This document shows positions 1 to 9,600 of a stretch of DNA of 64,000 nucleotides, one piece after another. The position numbers were made by a program, and so were the translations under genes. Source of the DNA: a virus. Where the stretch lies: the IMG/VR virus record IMGVR_UViG_3300042397_000787. One strand, 5' to 3'. Numbering within the stretch: the stretch's first letter is position 1; each line of letters begins with the position of its first letter. The notes under the pieces were generated by a model that did no database searches, had not been told where the DNA came from, and worked only from the letters and a program-made list of their open reading frames with translations.

Positions 1-567
1 CCAAAGACGTTCATCTTCAATACACACAACTTCGCAGACGATAAACCCACTGGAAGATTTGTCTTTTTCGACCTTGATGTTATCATACAAAATGATTTGT
101 CGCCAATCATCACTTATGACCTAGAGAATCCCACCAAGTTGCGTTCATGGTGGCAAGACCCTCGCCCCATGAAGTCTCGTAACTTTAAGTTGTCACATGG
201 TGCATATACTAATGGTAGTTGCATGGTGTGGTCAGATGATCAGACCGAATGTATTTGGCAGGATGTCCTAGAACATCAAGAGCGTATTTGGTTTACCTTT
301 ACAGACGGCACAGATAATTATCACAGTTGGCGATGGGGCGACTTTAGTAATACTCCTCTATGGAAACATTTTCCTAATACCTTTGCATACTCATACAATA
401 GAGGTCGAGACTGGCAAGAAGGTGATTTAGAAGTCGCTAAATATAGAAAAGACTGCATTCTTTGTGTATTCAACGTGGACTTATTGCCGTTTCAAGACAA
501 TCACAGAGGTAAAGTAAAACAAGAAACGCTCGTTGATCCAGACTTATTAGAACATTGGAATATTTAA
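1..567 (+). CDS. Glycosyltransferase-like protein (GT-A fold, DxD), 5'-partial
   Basis: Frame 1 is open from base 1 (PKTFIFNTHNF...GRFVFFDLDVIIQNDL), giving a DLD motif, then NGSCMVW and YSYN. Paralogous to the next ORF. Confidence 0.7.
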   Translation, partial: PKTFIFNTHNFADDKPTGRFVFFDLDVIIQNDLSPIITYDLENPTKLRSWWQDPRPMKSRNFKLSHGAYTNGSCMVWSDDQTECIWQDVLEHQERIWFTFTDGTDNYHSWRWGDFSNTPLWKHFPNTFAYSYNRGRDWQEGDLEVAKYRKDCILCVFNVDLLPFQDNHRGKVKQETLVDPDLLEHWNI

Positions 568-1250
568 TGATTGATATCTACACAGTGAAATGGGGATACA
601 AATATGGTCCTGAGTATGTCAATAAATTGTTCGAGCAGTGTAAGGAGCATATTACGGGTGAGTTTGAATTTCACTGCATAACGGAACATGAAGTGGGATT
701 GAACCCAGAAATAATCATTGTTCCTTTGCCTACAGACAACTATTATGAGAAGTGGTGGAACAAGTTATATTTGTTTGATCGACATTTTATTCGTAAACAG
801 GGTGAGAAATTATTCTTTGATTTGGATATTGACATTCAACAAAACATCGATTGTATCGTTGAACATGATCCAGAAGATAAACTTACTTTCATTCGAACTC
901 ATTGGCACAACCTAAACAAAATGAAAATCGATACTAAAGATATTCCTCATAAGTATACAGACTTGAATTCAAGTGTGTTAAGATGGAATGACAAATTAGA
1001 TGTTGATAAAATCACCAAGTTCGTTAGAGATTACCCTGACCAGATGTTTTATTATTATCGGGGTCTCGATAACATGTTCGGTCATCAAAGAGAACGTCTT
1101 TTAAAAATAGACTATTTTCCAGACGGCTGGGTATACAGTTATAATTATGGGTATATGTGGCCTGCCGATACTAGAGAACAAGTTCTCAGAGAACAGCCAC
1201 TAATTTGTTTGTATGATTCAATGGAAAGACCACAAGATGCTAAACTATAA
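567..1250 (+). CDS. Phage glycosyltransferase-like protein (GT-A, DxD)
   Basis: KWGxKYGPEYVNKL, WWNKLYLF, FFDLDIDI, NSSVLRW, YSYN motifs typical of T4-like phage GTs. ATG overlaps the upstream TAA (TAATG). Confidence 0.75.
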   Translation: MIDIYTVKWGYKYGPEYVNKLFEQCKEHITGEFEFHCITEHEVGLNPEIIIVPLPTDNYYEKWWNKLYLFDRHFIRKQGEKLFFDLDIDIQQNIDCIVEHDPEDKLTFIRTHWHNLNKMKIDTKDIPHKYTDLNSSVLRWNDKLDVDKITKFVRDYPDQMFYYYRGLDNMFGHQRERLLKIDYFPDGWVYSYNYGYMWPADTREQVLREQPLICLYDSMERPQDAKL

Positions 1251-1893
1251 TTTTTTGAATAATTACCGTAATTGGGGTGAAGGTCTAGAAAAGATCAGCC
1301 ATGAAATGCCATGGAAGCATGAAGATTTTCGTAAGTCTTTAAATCCTAATACGATGGATGCCGCCATTTGGTTAGTTGAAGAACTGAAAAAACATGTTGA
1401 CTTTACCAAAAAACTTGATATAACAATTCTAAACTCTTGGCTAGGATTTCCTCTTGTTCCACTGCTATGCGAAAATCTAAGTGTAAAGAAGTTGAACCTA
1501 ATTGATATTGATAAAGATGCCTTAGAACTATCTAAGGTTTTCAATAAGTATTATACAGAAAAAGATATCGAACTCAGCCACCTTAATTGGGATGTACCCT
1601 TTGCATACCACGATATCAATTCGCTAAACACAGATGTGGTAATTTCACTTGGTTGTGAAACCATGTACCCTTTGAAGAATATGACTACTGCAAATTCAGA
1701 TTGTATTTTTGCGTGTCAATCATCTAATGTGTTTCGCGAAATGTATGGCATCAATTGTGTTCCGACCCTTGAAGATCACATAGAAAATGTCGGGGTTAAA
1801 GACGTTCTGTATAGCGGAAACATTAATCAGTTTTATTGGTCTTGGGATGGTAAAGTAGACTTTGATAGATTTATGGTCATAGGAAGGAAGTAA
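1237..1893 (+). CDS. Class I SAM-dependent methyltransferase-like protein
   Basis: ITILNSWLG (degenerate motif I), LNLIDID (motif II), VVISLGCE. Start chosen at the ATG overlapping the upstream gene. Confidence 0.5.
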   Translation: MLNYNFLNNYRNWGEGLEKISHEMPWKHEDFRKSLNPNTMDAAIWLVEELKKHVDFTKKLDITILNSWLGFPLVPLLCENLSVKKLNLIDIDKDALELSKVFNKYYTEKDIELSHLNWDVPFAYHDINSLNTDVVISLGCETMYPLKNMTTANSDCIFACQSSNVFREMYGINCVPTLEDHIENVGVKDVLYSGNINQFYWSWDGKVDFDRFMVIGRK

Positions 1894-1894
1894 T

Positions 1895-2620
1895 ATGGGA
1901 AGAGCGAGAGTTGTTGCACCTCCACCCGAGGATTATATACCAGAACCTTTAGTATCACTACCACCTCCTCCTGAAGAAATAGTTGTTGAAGAGTGGACCA
2001 ATGGAAACTTCCAAGAAGAAATTATTGAAGTTGAGATTGATGAACCTTCTCAAGAAGAACTTGATAGAGAAAAAATCGCTCAAGAAAAACATGAAGAATT
2101 ACAGAGACAAAAACTTGCAGTAGAAGAAGAAACAAAAGTGGCAGCAGAAACAGTTGCTAAAGCAAAAGAGATTTTAGAAAACCCTCCTGTGAAAATTGAG
2201 ACAGTAACAGAAACAGTTATAGAAACCGTTCATGTAACAGATCCAAAATTACTAGAAGAGTTGCAAGCAATTAAAGACGAAAATGAAAAACTTACCAGAG
2301 AAAAAGAAGTGGCAGAAAAGGCAAGGGAAGATCAGATTGTAAAAGCGCGACAACAGGCAACTGACAGACAAGTCACTCAGTTGAATATGGTTGAGGCAAG
2401 AAAACCTACTTTACTTAGTAAAGTAAAAGATTTCTTTCGACGCAGAAGAATCAAACTTGCTACCGTTTCTCAGGCGAACTACGAACAGGCAATTATCTAC
2501 CAAGCATCGGTTGCCGTTCCAAAGATGCTAGACGAAATTGAAAAGATGCACGAAAGTTTGACTATTCTAGAAGAACTTCTAGCGAAAAACAAAGAACGTC
2601 AAAAGATTAAAGTTCGGTGA
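1895..2620 (+). CDS. Hypothetical Pro/Glu-rich coiled-coil protein
   Basis: 241-aa ORF preceded by GGAAGG; E/K-rich heptad-like pattern. Confidence 0.6.
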   Translation: MGRARVVAPPPEDYIPEPLVSLPPPPEEIVVEEWTNGNFQEEIIEVEIDEPSQEELDREKIAQEKHEELQRQKLAVEEETKVAAETVAKAKEILENPPVKIETVTETVIETVHVTDPKLLEELQAIKDENEKLTREKEVAEKAREDQIVKARQQATDRQVTQLNMVEARKPTLLSKVKDFFRRRRIKLATVSQANYEQAIIYQASVAVPKMLDEIEKMHESLTILEELLAKNKERQKIKVR

Positions 2621-3254
2621 AATCTACACCCGTAATATCTTCAACCATTGATTTCCAGAGGTCCTCATGGGGAACGACATAACCGAGAGTGAGGCGCTTG
2701 CTTCGGCTCCCAGCACAGTGATAGAAGACCTTATCAGTCTCACTACGCCTACCGAAGTAACCGACCTTGACAGACCAACCCTTGGGGTCCCAAAGAGTGA
2801 CCATTTCTTTTGTTATTGGATCTAGATACCTAAAGTAGCCGCCATTCTCTTCTGTATTATAAGAAAGAAGAATGTTGTAGCCGCTTGCATTCCAGTTTGT
2901 GTGCCAGCCCATAAATCCATTTTCTGGATAATAAACATGAACCGCATTGTTTTTGGCACCTAGAAACGAAATTAATTCACGATTGAGTTTCTGTTGCTTC
3001 TCGCGGTGAGTGGTCGGGACAGAATCTACCATTCCGATATCACAACAGAAAGCGGTTTCTGGATACCCCTCATGTTCACCATCTTTACCGACTAACTCAT
3101 TCATATACTTTTCAGAAGTGCCAGTGTCGATATCAAATCCTCGACGCCTATCTGGCTCTCTCAATTTGTCGTGGTCTGTTTGTGAGAAGAACCACTCCGC
3201 ATAAGGAGTAAGAATTTCCAGAAGTTCTGGATTAATATTTTTAGAAACCTTCAT
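2607..3254 (-). CDS. Putative 2OG-Fe(II) oxygenase/cupin-fold protein
   Basis: YYPENGFMGWHTN ... FYHCA ... RLTLGY resembles the Hx(D/N)...H...R jelly-roll pattern. ATG at 3254 overlaps the upstream stop. Confidence 0.5.
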   Translation of the reverse strand: MKVSKNINPELLEILTPYAEWFFSQTDHDKLREPDRRRGFDIDTGTSEKYMNELVGKDGEHEGYPETAFCCDIGMVDSVPTTHREKQQKLNRELISFLGAKNNAVHVYYPENGFMGWHTNWNASGYNILLSYNTEENGGYFRYLDPITKEMVTLWDPKGWSVKVGYFGRRSETDKVFYHCAGSRSKRLTLGYVVPHEDLWKSMVEDITGVDFTEL

Positions 3255-3952
3255 TATTTGTCCAATACGGATGACGGCAACGTGTAGTGATAGATGACAA
3301 TCTCTTGTCCTTGCAATTCTTCTTGTTTGTACCCGATGACAAAATTCCACCTTGCATCTGGATCAGGAAATCTTCCTGTTTTTACACCCATATCCCCGTA
3401 TGTCAATAAGCGCCACATTGTAAATGTGTCCCACTGTAGTGCTTCTTTTGGATAGTGTTGTCTATCATAACTAGGTTCATTCTGCTTACAATATTCGCCC
3501 CACCAAGCGCCCATCAATTTCAGTGTTTGTGAATTATTGCGGTAGACGAATAGACCGCAATGCTCGGTCATTTCTTCTGTATCAGATAGCTTTGTTAGGG
3601 CTGCATTATATGGACGATTTGCTGTAAAAATCACATCTATATCATCTGGAATCTGATCAAAGATTTTTAGAATATCGTCGTGTTGAACTTCTGTATCACA
3701 GTCCATATAAACTGTCAAGTCATATGGAGTTTTATCTAGCGCCCAGAGTTTGGCTCTCTTGTGATATGGAACACCATCTGTAATAATGTTCTCGAAGATT
3801 TCTTCATCACCTGGTTCTATCCATTCTGCATGAGTGAATAAAGTAATCTTTGCTTCTGGCCAATAGTCTAGAAGTGATAGTGCAGAGTTTTTCGCGGCTC
3901 TATAGTAACCTCTACGAAGCGATGCTACATAAACGAATCCGTTATTCTGCAT
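3254..3952 (-). CDS. Glycosyltransferase (GT-A/GT8-like)
   Basis: GFVYVAS, RAKLWAL, TPYDLTVYMDCDTEV (DxD), HCGLFVY, RWNF, IYHY. Confidence 0.7.
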   Translation of the reverse strand: MQNNGFVYVASLRRGYYRAAKNSALSLLDYWPEAKITLFTHAEWIEPGDEEIFENIITDGVPYHKRAKLWALDKTPYDLTVYMDCDTEVQHDDILKIFDQIPDDIDVIFTANRPYNAALTKLSDTEEMTEHCGLFVYRNNSQTLKLMGAWWGEYCKQNEPSYDRQHYPKEALQWDTFTMWRLLTYGDMGVKTGRFPDPDARWNFVIGYKQEELQGQEIVIYHYTLPSSVLDK

Positions 3953-4409
3953 TCTTTTCTTCTTCCATGATCAGCATGGTAGCATATGCCATAACTTCAA
4001 GCGCAGACTTCGATCTACGTATCTTAGTTTTCATTACCTTGTTAGTTGAATTTTTGATGGTAAGAACTTCGAAGGCTTCTAACTTAGCTTCGAAAAGAGT
4101 CTCATCTTTACGGCGCTGTAGATCGACCTTCGATCTTTCCATGCGCTGGCGAACTTCTTCGGTGCGGCGCTCTTCGCGAAGTCGAGTATTTTCATCAATA
4201 TCTTCTTCAGTAAACTTTTCCATAATAGCAATATAGTCTGGATTGCCACCTTCACCCGACACAGATGCTGGCAGTCTCTTACCATCTGGATAGATGATAA
4301 TTACCATTACTTGCTGTAGTTCTTTATTTAGCCAAAAGGGTTCTTCGTAGTCTTTTGTTTCGGCAATGATGGCCGAATCCAATACGATGGCGTCTTCATT
4401 CACAATCAT
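3942..4409 (-). CDS. Hypothetical protein
   Basis: 155-aa ORF with GGAG RBS, coupled to the downstream GT gene. Confidence 0.6.
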   Translation of the reverse strand: MIVNEDAIVLDSAIIAETKDYEEPFWLNKELQQVMVIIIYPDGKRLPASVSGEGGNPDYIAIMEKFTEEDIDENTRLREERRTEEVRQRMERSKVDLQRRKDETLFEAKLEAFEVLTIKNSTNKVMKTKIRRSKSALEVMAYATMLIMEEEKNAE

Positions 4410-4453
4410 TCAACTCTCCATAAAAAGAAATAATATAAAGTATATAGTATAGT

Positions 4454-5884
4454 TTAAGCGGTACGAATCCAAAGAGATACTGTTGATACTGTATCTTTAG
4501 TTGCTTGAATTGTATCGCCCGCATATGTACCAGAATATGTTCCAGAATAGGTTCTAGAGCCAGAATACCCACCCGAATATGTTCTTGAACCGGCAAATGA
4601 GTTTGCATATGTGCCAGAATAAGTTCTGGAGCCAGAATAACTGGCGGAGTAAGTTCTAGAACCAGCAAATGAACCGGCAAAATTTGTTGGTTCCGATACA
4701 TATCCTGCATTCGAATATGTTCTGGTACCAGCAAATGTTCCGGTAAAATTGGTTGATGCTGATACATAGCTGGTTGAGTATGTGCGCGAACCAGCGAATG
4801 TACCACCAATAAAACCACCGTAATATAGAATATAGCTGGCAGAATATGTTCTAGAACCTGCAAAGGGTCTAGTCCCCGCGAAGTTGGTTGCATAAGATCC
4901 AGAATATGTTCTAGAACCTGCAAACGTTCTAGTACCAGAGAAGTTAGTCACATAAGATCCAGAAAATGCTCTAGACCCAGCATATGTTGTGCTGTAAGTT
5001 CTGCCTCCGGCAAAGGTATTTGTATATCCCGCCGGGGTATATGTTCTAGTTCCAGCATATGCTGCATTAGAATATGTTCTGGTACCACTATAGGCGCCGG
5101 TATAGTTTTCAGACGCGACTTGTTCACGAGTATCAGAAGCTGAACCCATGCTAACCCAAGTACCAGGAGATGGCGATGATGCTTGGATCTTATATGTACC
5201 AATACTGGTGCTGATAATACGATTTCTGAAATAAGGAATCATTTCCTGAATTTCAGTATCGGTCATTTGCTTTACGTTATTGCCACTATATGTTTTCAGT
5301 GGACGAAGATCGGCATTCGGTGATGTTGTAGCCGCAGTCTTCTGCCAAATATAATAAGTTGTGTTACCACCATTTGCAACATCGGTGATGGTGTAACGTG
5401 AGGTCCATGTACCGCCACTTGGCGCCGAGCCAGCAAGACGATACTGTCCCGCAGTATACTCTGATTCAGTAACCATTGCTGTGACCGCTTGGTCAATAAT
5501 ATCATTGCGGATCTGAGCGTCTGTCATTTGCTGAATTGCAGTGTCATATTGCAAAGGACGGTTTGTGATTGTACCAGCATCCTCAGCAGTAATTTGCTTT
5601 GCATAATACGTTACGGTGGCTATAGCACCAGTAGCTGGGTGAGTACCAGTCGCTTCTGTTCTATCCGTATCAGCAAAAGTGCCGATTGCGGTACCAGAAA
5701 GTGCGTTTGCTGTATCAATATTAAGGTCAGCCGTATTAGAACCATTGCTTGCCGCGCCAGCAAATCCTACTGTGATTTTATTTGCAATATAATTTTTGAC
5801 TTCCGTATTTGACATGGTCTGCAAACCCTGAAAGTTTGCAGAAGTAATCGGTGTAGCAGATGCTTTGAGCTTTAACGGGTTCAT
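4454..5884 (-). CDS. Putative virion structural/fibre protein with C-terminal (F/Y)-x-G-(S/T)-R-T-(Y/F)-S repeats
   Basis: T/A/S/G-rich 476-aa ORF at the end of the baseplate operon, with more than a dozen GSRTYS/GTRTYS units. Confidence 0.6.
   Translation of the reverse strand: MNPLKLKASATPITSANFQGLQTMSNTEVKNYIANKITVGFAGAASNGSNTADLNIDTANALSGTAIGTFADTDRTEATGTHPATGAIATVTYYAKQITAEDAGTITNRPLQYDTAIQQMTDAQIRNDIIDQAVTAMVTESEYTAGQYRLAGSAPSGGTWTSRYTITDVANGGNTTYYIWQKTAATTSPNADLRPLKTYSGNNVKQMTDTEIQEMIPYFRNRIISTSIGTYKIQASSPSPGTWVSMGSASDTREQVASENYTGAYSGTRTYSNAAYAGTRTYTPAGYTNTFAGGRTYSTTYAGSRAFSGSYVTNFSGTRTFAGSRTYSGSYATNFAGTRPFAGSRTYSASYILYYGGFIGGTFAGSRTYSTSYVSASTNFTGTFAGTRTYSNAGYVSEPTNFAGSFAGSRTYSASYSGSRTYSGTYANSFAGSRTYSGGYSGSRTYSGTYSGTYAGDTIQATKDTVSTVSLWIRTA
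4515..5105 (-). repeat. Imperfect coding tandem repeats (GTTCTAGAAC/GTTCTGG core) encoding FAGSRTYS-like units
   Basis: Recurrent gaatatgttctagaacc-like words on the + strand. Confidence 0.85.
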
Positions 5885-5895
5885 TTTTTATAGCC

Positions 5896-6378
5896 TTAAT
5901 TTAGTCTAGTGCCGCTCGAATCAAATACCAACAGAGGTGTAAGTGAATACCAATCTGTAGCATCCTTAGCAACAAAAGTGGCAGATGATCCAGCAGCCAC
6001 CGTTACAGCAACGTTAACCGTTCCGCCGTTAATCTTGTCTGATACGTTTGGATAAACTAGTAGATTTGTTGCAGTAGTATTAACAAGTGTATAGGTCAAC
6101 GAGGCTTCGGCTGTTGGAAGTTTGACACCTGCTCCAGAACCCACTGTAGTGATAATATTATAAACATCCGAAAGTTCTGTTGCTCCAGACTGGTTTGTTC
6201 CTGCCGCAGAAACAGTAGCCGAGATGGAAGGCTTTAGATCGCCCGTTAGAGTAAGATTACCAAACGTGGGATTAGACCCGGATTCATACTTGTCAGTATT
6301 CAGATTGTTGAAGTTATTATCAACTTCGGTATTTGTAAGTGGCGACCCCTTTACGGATCTAAGTGTAATTGTGGCCAT
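5896..6378 (-). CDS. Virion structural protein (tail-fibre-type N-terminus)
   Basis: MATITLRSVKGSPLTNTEVDNNFNNL is a common phage fibre/baseplate attachment N-terminus. A late promoter lies upstream. Confidence 0.6.
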   Translation of the reverse strand: MATITLRSVKGSPLTNTEVDNNFNNLNTDKYESGSNPTFGNLTLTGDLKPSISATVSAAGTNQSGATELSDVYNIITTVGSGAGVKLPTAEASLTYTLVNTTATNLLVYPNVSDKINGGTVNVAVTVAAGSSATFVAKDATDWYSLTPLLVFDSSGTRLN

Positions 6379-6380
6379 AT

Positions 6381-6614
6381 CTATCTACCTTGGTTCTGTA
6401 ATATTTGCTGCAACAACAATTTGATATCTAGCATCTCTTGTTTCACACTATTTATATCATTTTCAAATTGTCGAAGCTGATTTGTTTGTTCTCGAACTTT
6501 GTTTTTTCTAGCTTTGTATGCTGATAATCCAGCAACATCGGTAGAAATAATGGCTTTTGAATGGCCATCTCTAACATATTTAGTTGTGTCGTCCAGATGA
6601 TATCTTTGTCCCAT
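6381..6614 (-). CDS. Small hypothetical coiled-coil protein
   Basis: 77-aa ORF (VRDGHSKAIIS ... coiled-coil C-terminus) directly after the VrlC-like gene. Confidence 0.6.
   Translation of the reverse strand: MGQRYHLDDTTKYVRDGHSKAIISTDVAGLSAYKARKNKVREQTNQLRQFENDINSVKQEMLDIKLLLQQILQNQGR
6449..6456 (-). promoter_or_regulatory. T4-type late promoter TATAAATA
   Basis: Exact consensus on the - strand, 70 nt upstream of the 5896-6378 gene. Confidence 0.55.
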
Positions 6615-6615
6615 G

Positions 6616-9600
6616 TTATACCTGTAGAGCTATTGCACGAAGTTCACGACATTTTGGAACAACACTGGTTTGATTTGAAAGAAGAACTACTTTAACTGCG
6701 AAAGTTTTGTAGCCCGTGTAAGTTACGCCGTCAGTGGTATATTCCAATACGCCATCACCATTCAATTCGGTCGATGGAATATCATATGTATACTCAATGA
6801 AACTGGATGAAGTAACAGTCGGCGGAGTAGTTGTTAATTCGATCCAATCTTTTTCTTCAAACGGTGCTGGATCACTTTGATGTAGGAATCTGCCATATAC
6901 CTTTACATCTGTTCCATTTGGAACATACTGACTTAGATATACTCTAAGGTCTTCTGCTTCCTGCCCGTCATCTAGAACAACTTGACGAGAAACATACTTA
7001 GACCTTGCTTCACCGATACCAATATCTTCGTCTGTTGCATCATTGTTAACATCATTTGCGATTGCAATCATAGAACATTTTCTAAGGTCGATAACAGGTG
7101 AAACCGTAGAAGTCTGTGATGACATGCCCAGTTGAATTTTAAACGACTTATCTCCGTCGAGATCGTTTTGCTCATTTGAATATGAACGAATAGCCGCATC
7201 GATAGTCAACTCTGTGGTTTTATCTGGCACAAAATTCTCATACGATGTCGATGCTTCTGTTTCGGAACCAGTATTTGCCGTGGCAGAATACGAAAAAATA
7301 AGTTGACATGGAGTATGATCCATATATGCAAGATTTGCACCCAATGCATTCAACACTTTATCCTCAAGTTCTGCTATTAGAGCATGAGAAGTGCCGTTGC
7401 CTACTCGGTCATTGACAGTGAAGTTCCCGCTCTCAACATAAATCTTAGCAACGTTGTATAGAGTATCGTAAGTATGAGCAAAGCCGGAATTGAGAGTAAC
7501 ACCGATATTTACATTCGATCCACCAGTCATAGTCAAAGTTGGATTGCTGGTATATCCAGCGCCGGGATTTGTCACTGCTACATTAGTCACTGCACCGCCG
7601 GTAACAGTAACTGCAACCGTAGCATTGGTTGTTGCACCACCGCCCGAAAGTGTGCGGGCAACAACTGTTGTAACTGTGTATGTTAGACCGGTTAGCGTGC
7701 CAGCAGTAGTTACGATTGCGTCACCAGATTGAGTTGTCAGCGTGAATCCAGTAACAGCACCAACCGAACCTGTAACAGCAGAAACCTTATAGACAGTTCC
7801 TGTCGCATAACCAGATATTGTAGCAGTACCACCCAGAGTACCAGTGATAGTTACAAGATCGCCAACAACAAGTTTTGAAGCACCGCAAGTAAACTGGCCT
7901 GCAGTTCCAGAAACAGCAACAGTTGCGACAAGGGCACTACCATAACCAGTGCCTGCGTTGATTATATTAAACGAGAATCCATGAATTTTATCACCCGGAG
8001 AAAATTGAGAACTTGAGAAGGAATGAAATTTTGCGTAATCGATATCATGTGTATTCAGTGCGACCGTACCAGTTGTGCCGATTGCAAAGTTTGCTCTCTG
8101 TAAACTAAACTTAATATCTTCTGCCTGATATGCGGTCCAAGTTCTGTTGTTCGCGGATGTAAATAGAACACCGACATTAGGCTGCTCTGAAATACGAGTT
8201 GTTGTGTTAAGTTGGTTTTCACCCAATTCAGAAACCCAAATTTCATAGTTGGGATCATTACCCGCTGGCAGAAGAACAAAGCAATACTCGGTATTGTTTT
8301 GTAAGAATACGGGAGATGGGAAAGTAAACTTAGTTGACGTAGCACCATTTTCGGCATCGATGTTTACCTGACCAGGGGATAGTGTTACTTCACCGAAAGG
8401 AATTACTCTATCACCCGGATAACCATTTACCACTTCTCGTAGTTGCAGGGTAATAGGATTTGTGGTAGATTTTTTCTTAAAGTAGGTATCTATTGAAGTC
8501 ACATAACATCCAAACGGCACCTCAGAAACCATAAACGTCTGTGCGATTGGATCGGGAGCTCCGAACCTAAAATCAAACATTGATAAGTCGAAGTCAAACA
8601 TTGGTAGATCTGGCACAACGGGTGGTTCAGGTTGAACAACTGGCGGTGCCGGCGGTAGCGGAGCAGGATCTGGAGCAGTTACAGTAACATTAGTTACCTC
8701 AGTGACGTTATTGGTAACGTTGGTCACAGATGTATTATTGATATTTTGTGTAACCTGAGTGACTTCGGTAACATTTGTGGTATTATTGATTGTAGTAAAT
8801 GTATTATTTACCACTGTTGTTTGAACAACACCAACCGCTCTTTCACCTAGTCGATTTGTTGTCGTATTGCTATCGGAAACCGATCTACTATCCGACAGAT
8901 TTGAGGTTGCCAGATTAGCAACTCTTGTAGAAATAACAGTATCTTGAACGCTTTGTGATAAACCATTCGCAGAGAATGTCATCGAGGCAGCGGTAGTAAT
9001 AAACTTGGGTCTGTTTTTAGAATCATCGGTAAGTCTGAATAGCTTTTCTCCGACGCGGAAAGTACCAGCAGGAATTCTGAATTGACCAAAGCATTCACCA
9101 GACGCATTTGTGATCAGTGGGTCGCCATAATCACCAGTTGCTAGTGATGTATTTTGAACAGAATTTGTTGCGCCGCTAACAACACCAGATAACGGACGAC
9201 AATGAGCCTCAACAGTGGCACCGTCAAAGAATGGATATACACGAGTAAGCGGCTTCATTCTCGTTGCTTTAAACGTCACAATAATAGAACGCATAAACGG
9301 AATGATAGAAGTATTTGTTACTCTAGGACCAATTCGTTGAGTTTGTGTTTCCGGCGTTACAGTAAGTTGAACGCCCTGACGAGTTTGTCTTTGTTCTGTT
9401 GTCGTTGTTACGATAGCAATATCTTCTTGGAATAGAGTATCGCCTCGTATGGCAGTGTTACCCGCTGCCGTTTGTGTGTTTGTAGTAACTCTACCCGTTC
9501 CGGTATCTTGCCAATCTTCCCACTGAGTGCCCCATGCATCAGCAAGAGTTTCCCAAGCATCATAGTTACCATCAAAATTAGCAGAAATATCAGGAAGAAC

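Noticed and set aside
4396-5505. Alternative-frame ORFs (175, 84, 69 aa) with LEHIL repeats
   Set aside because: Off-frame readings of the GSRTYS repeat gene.
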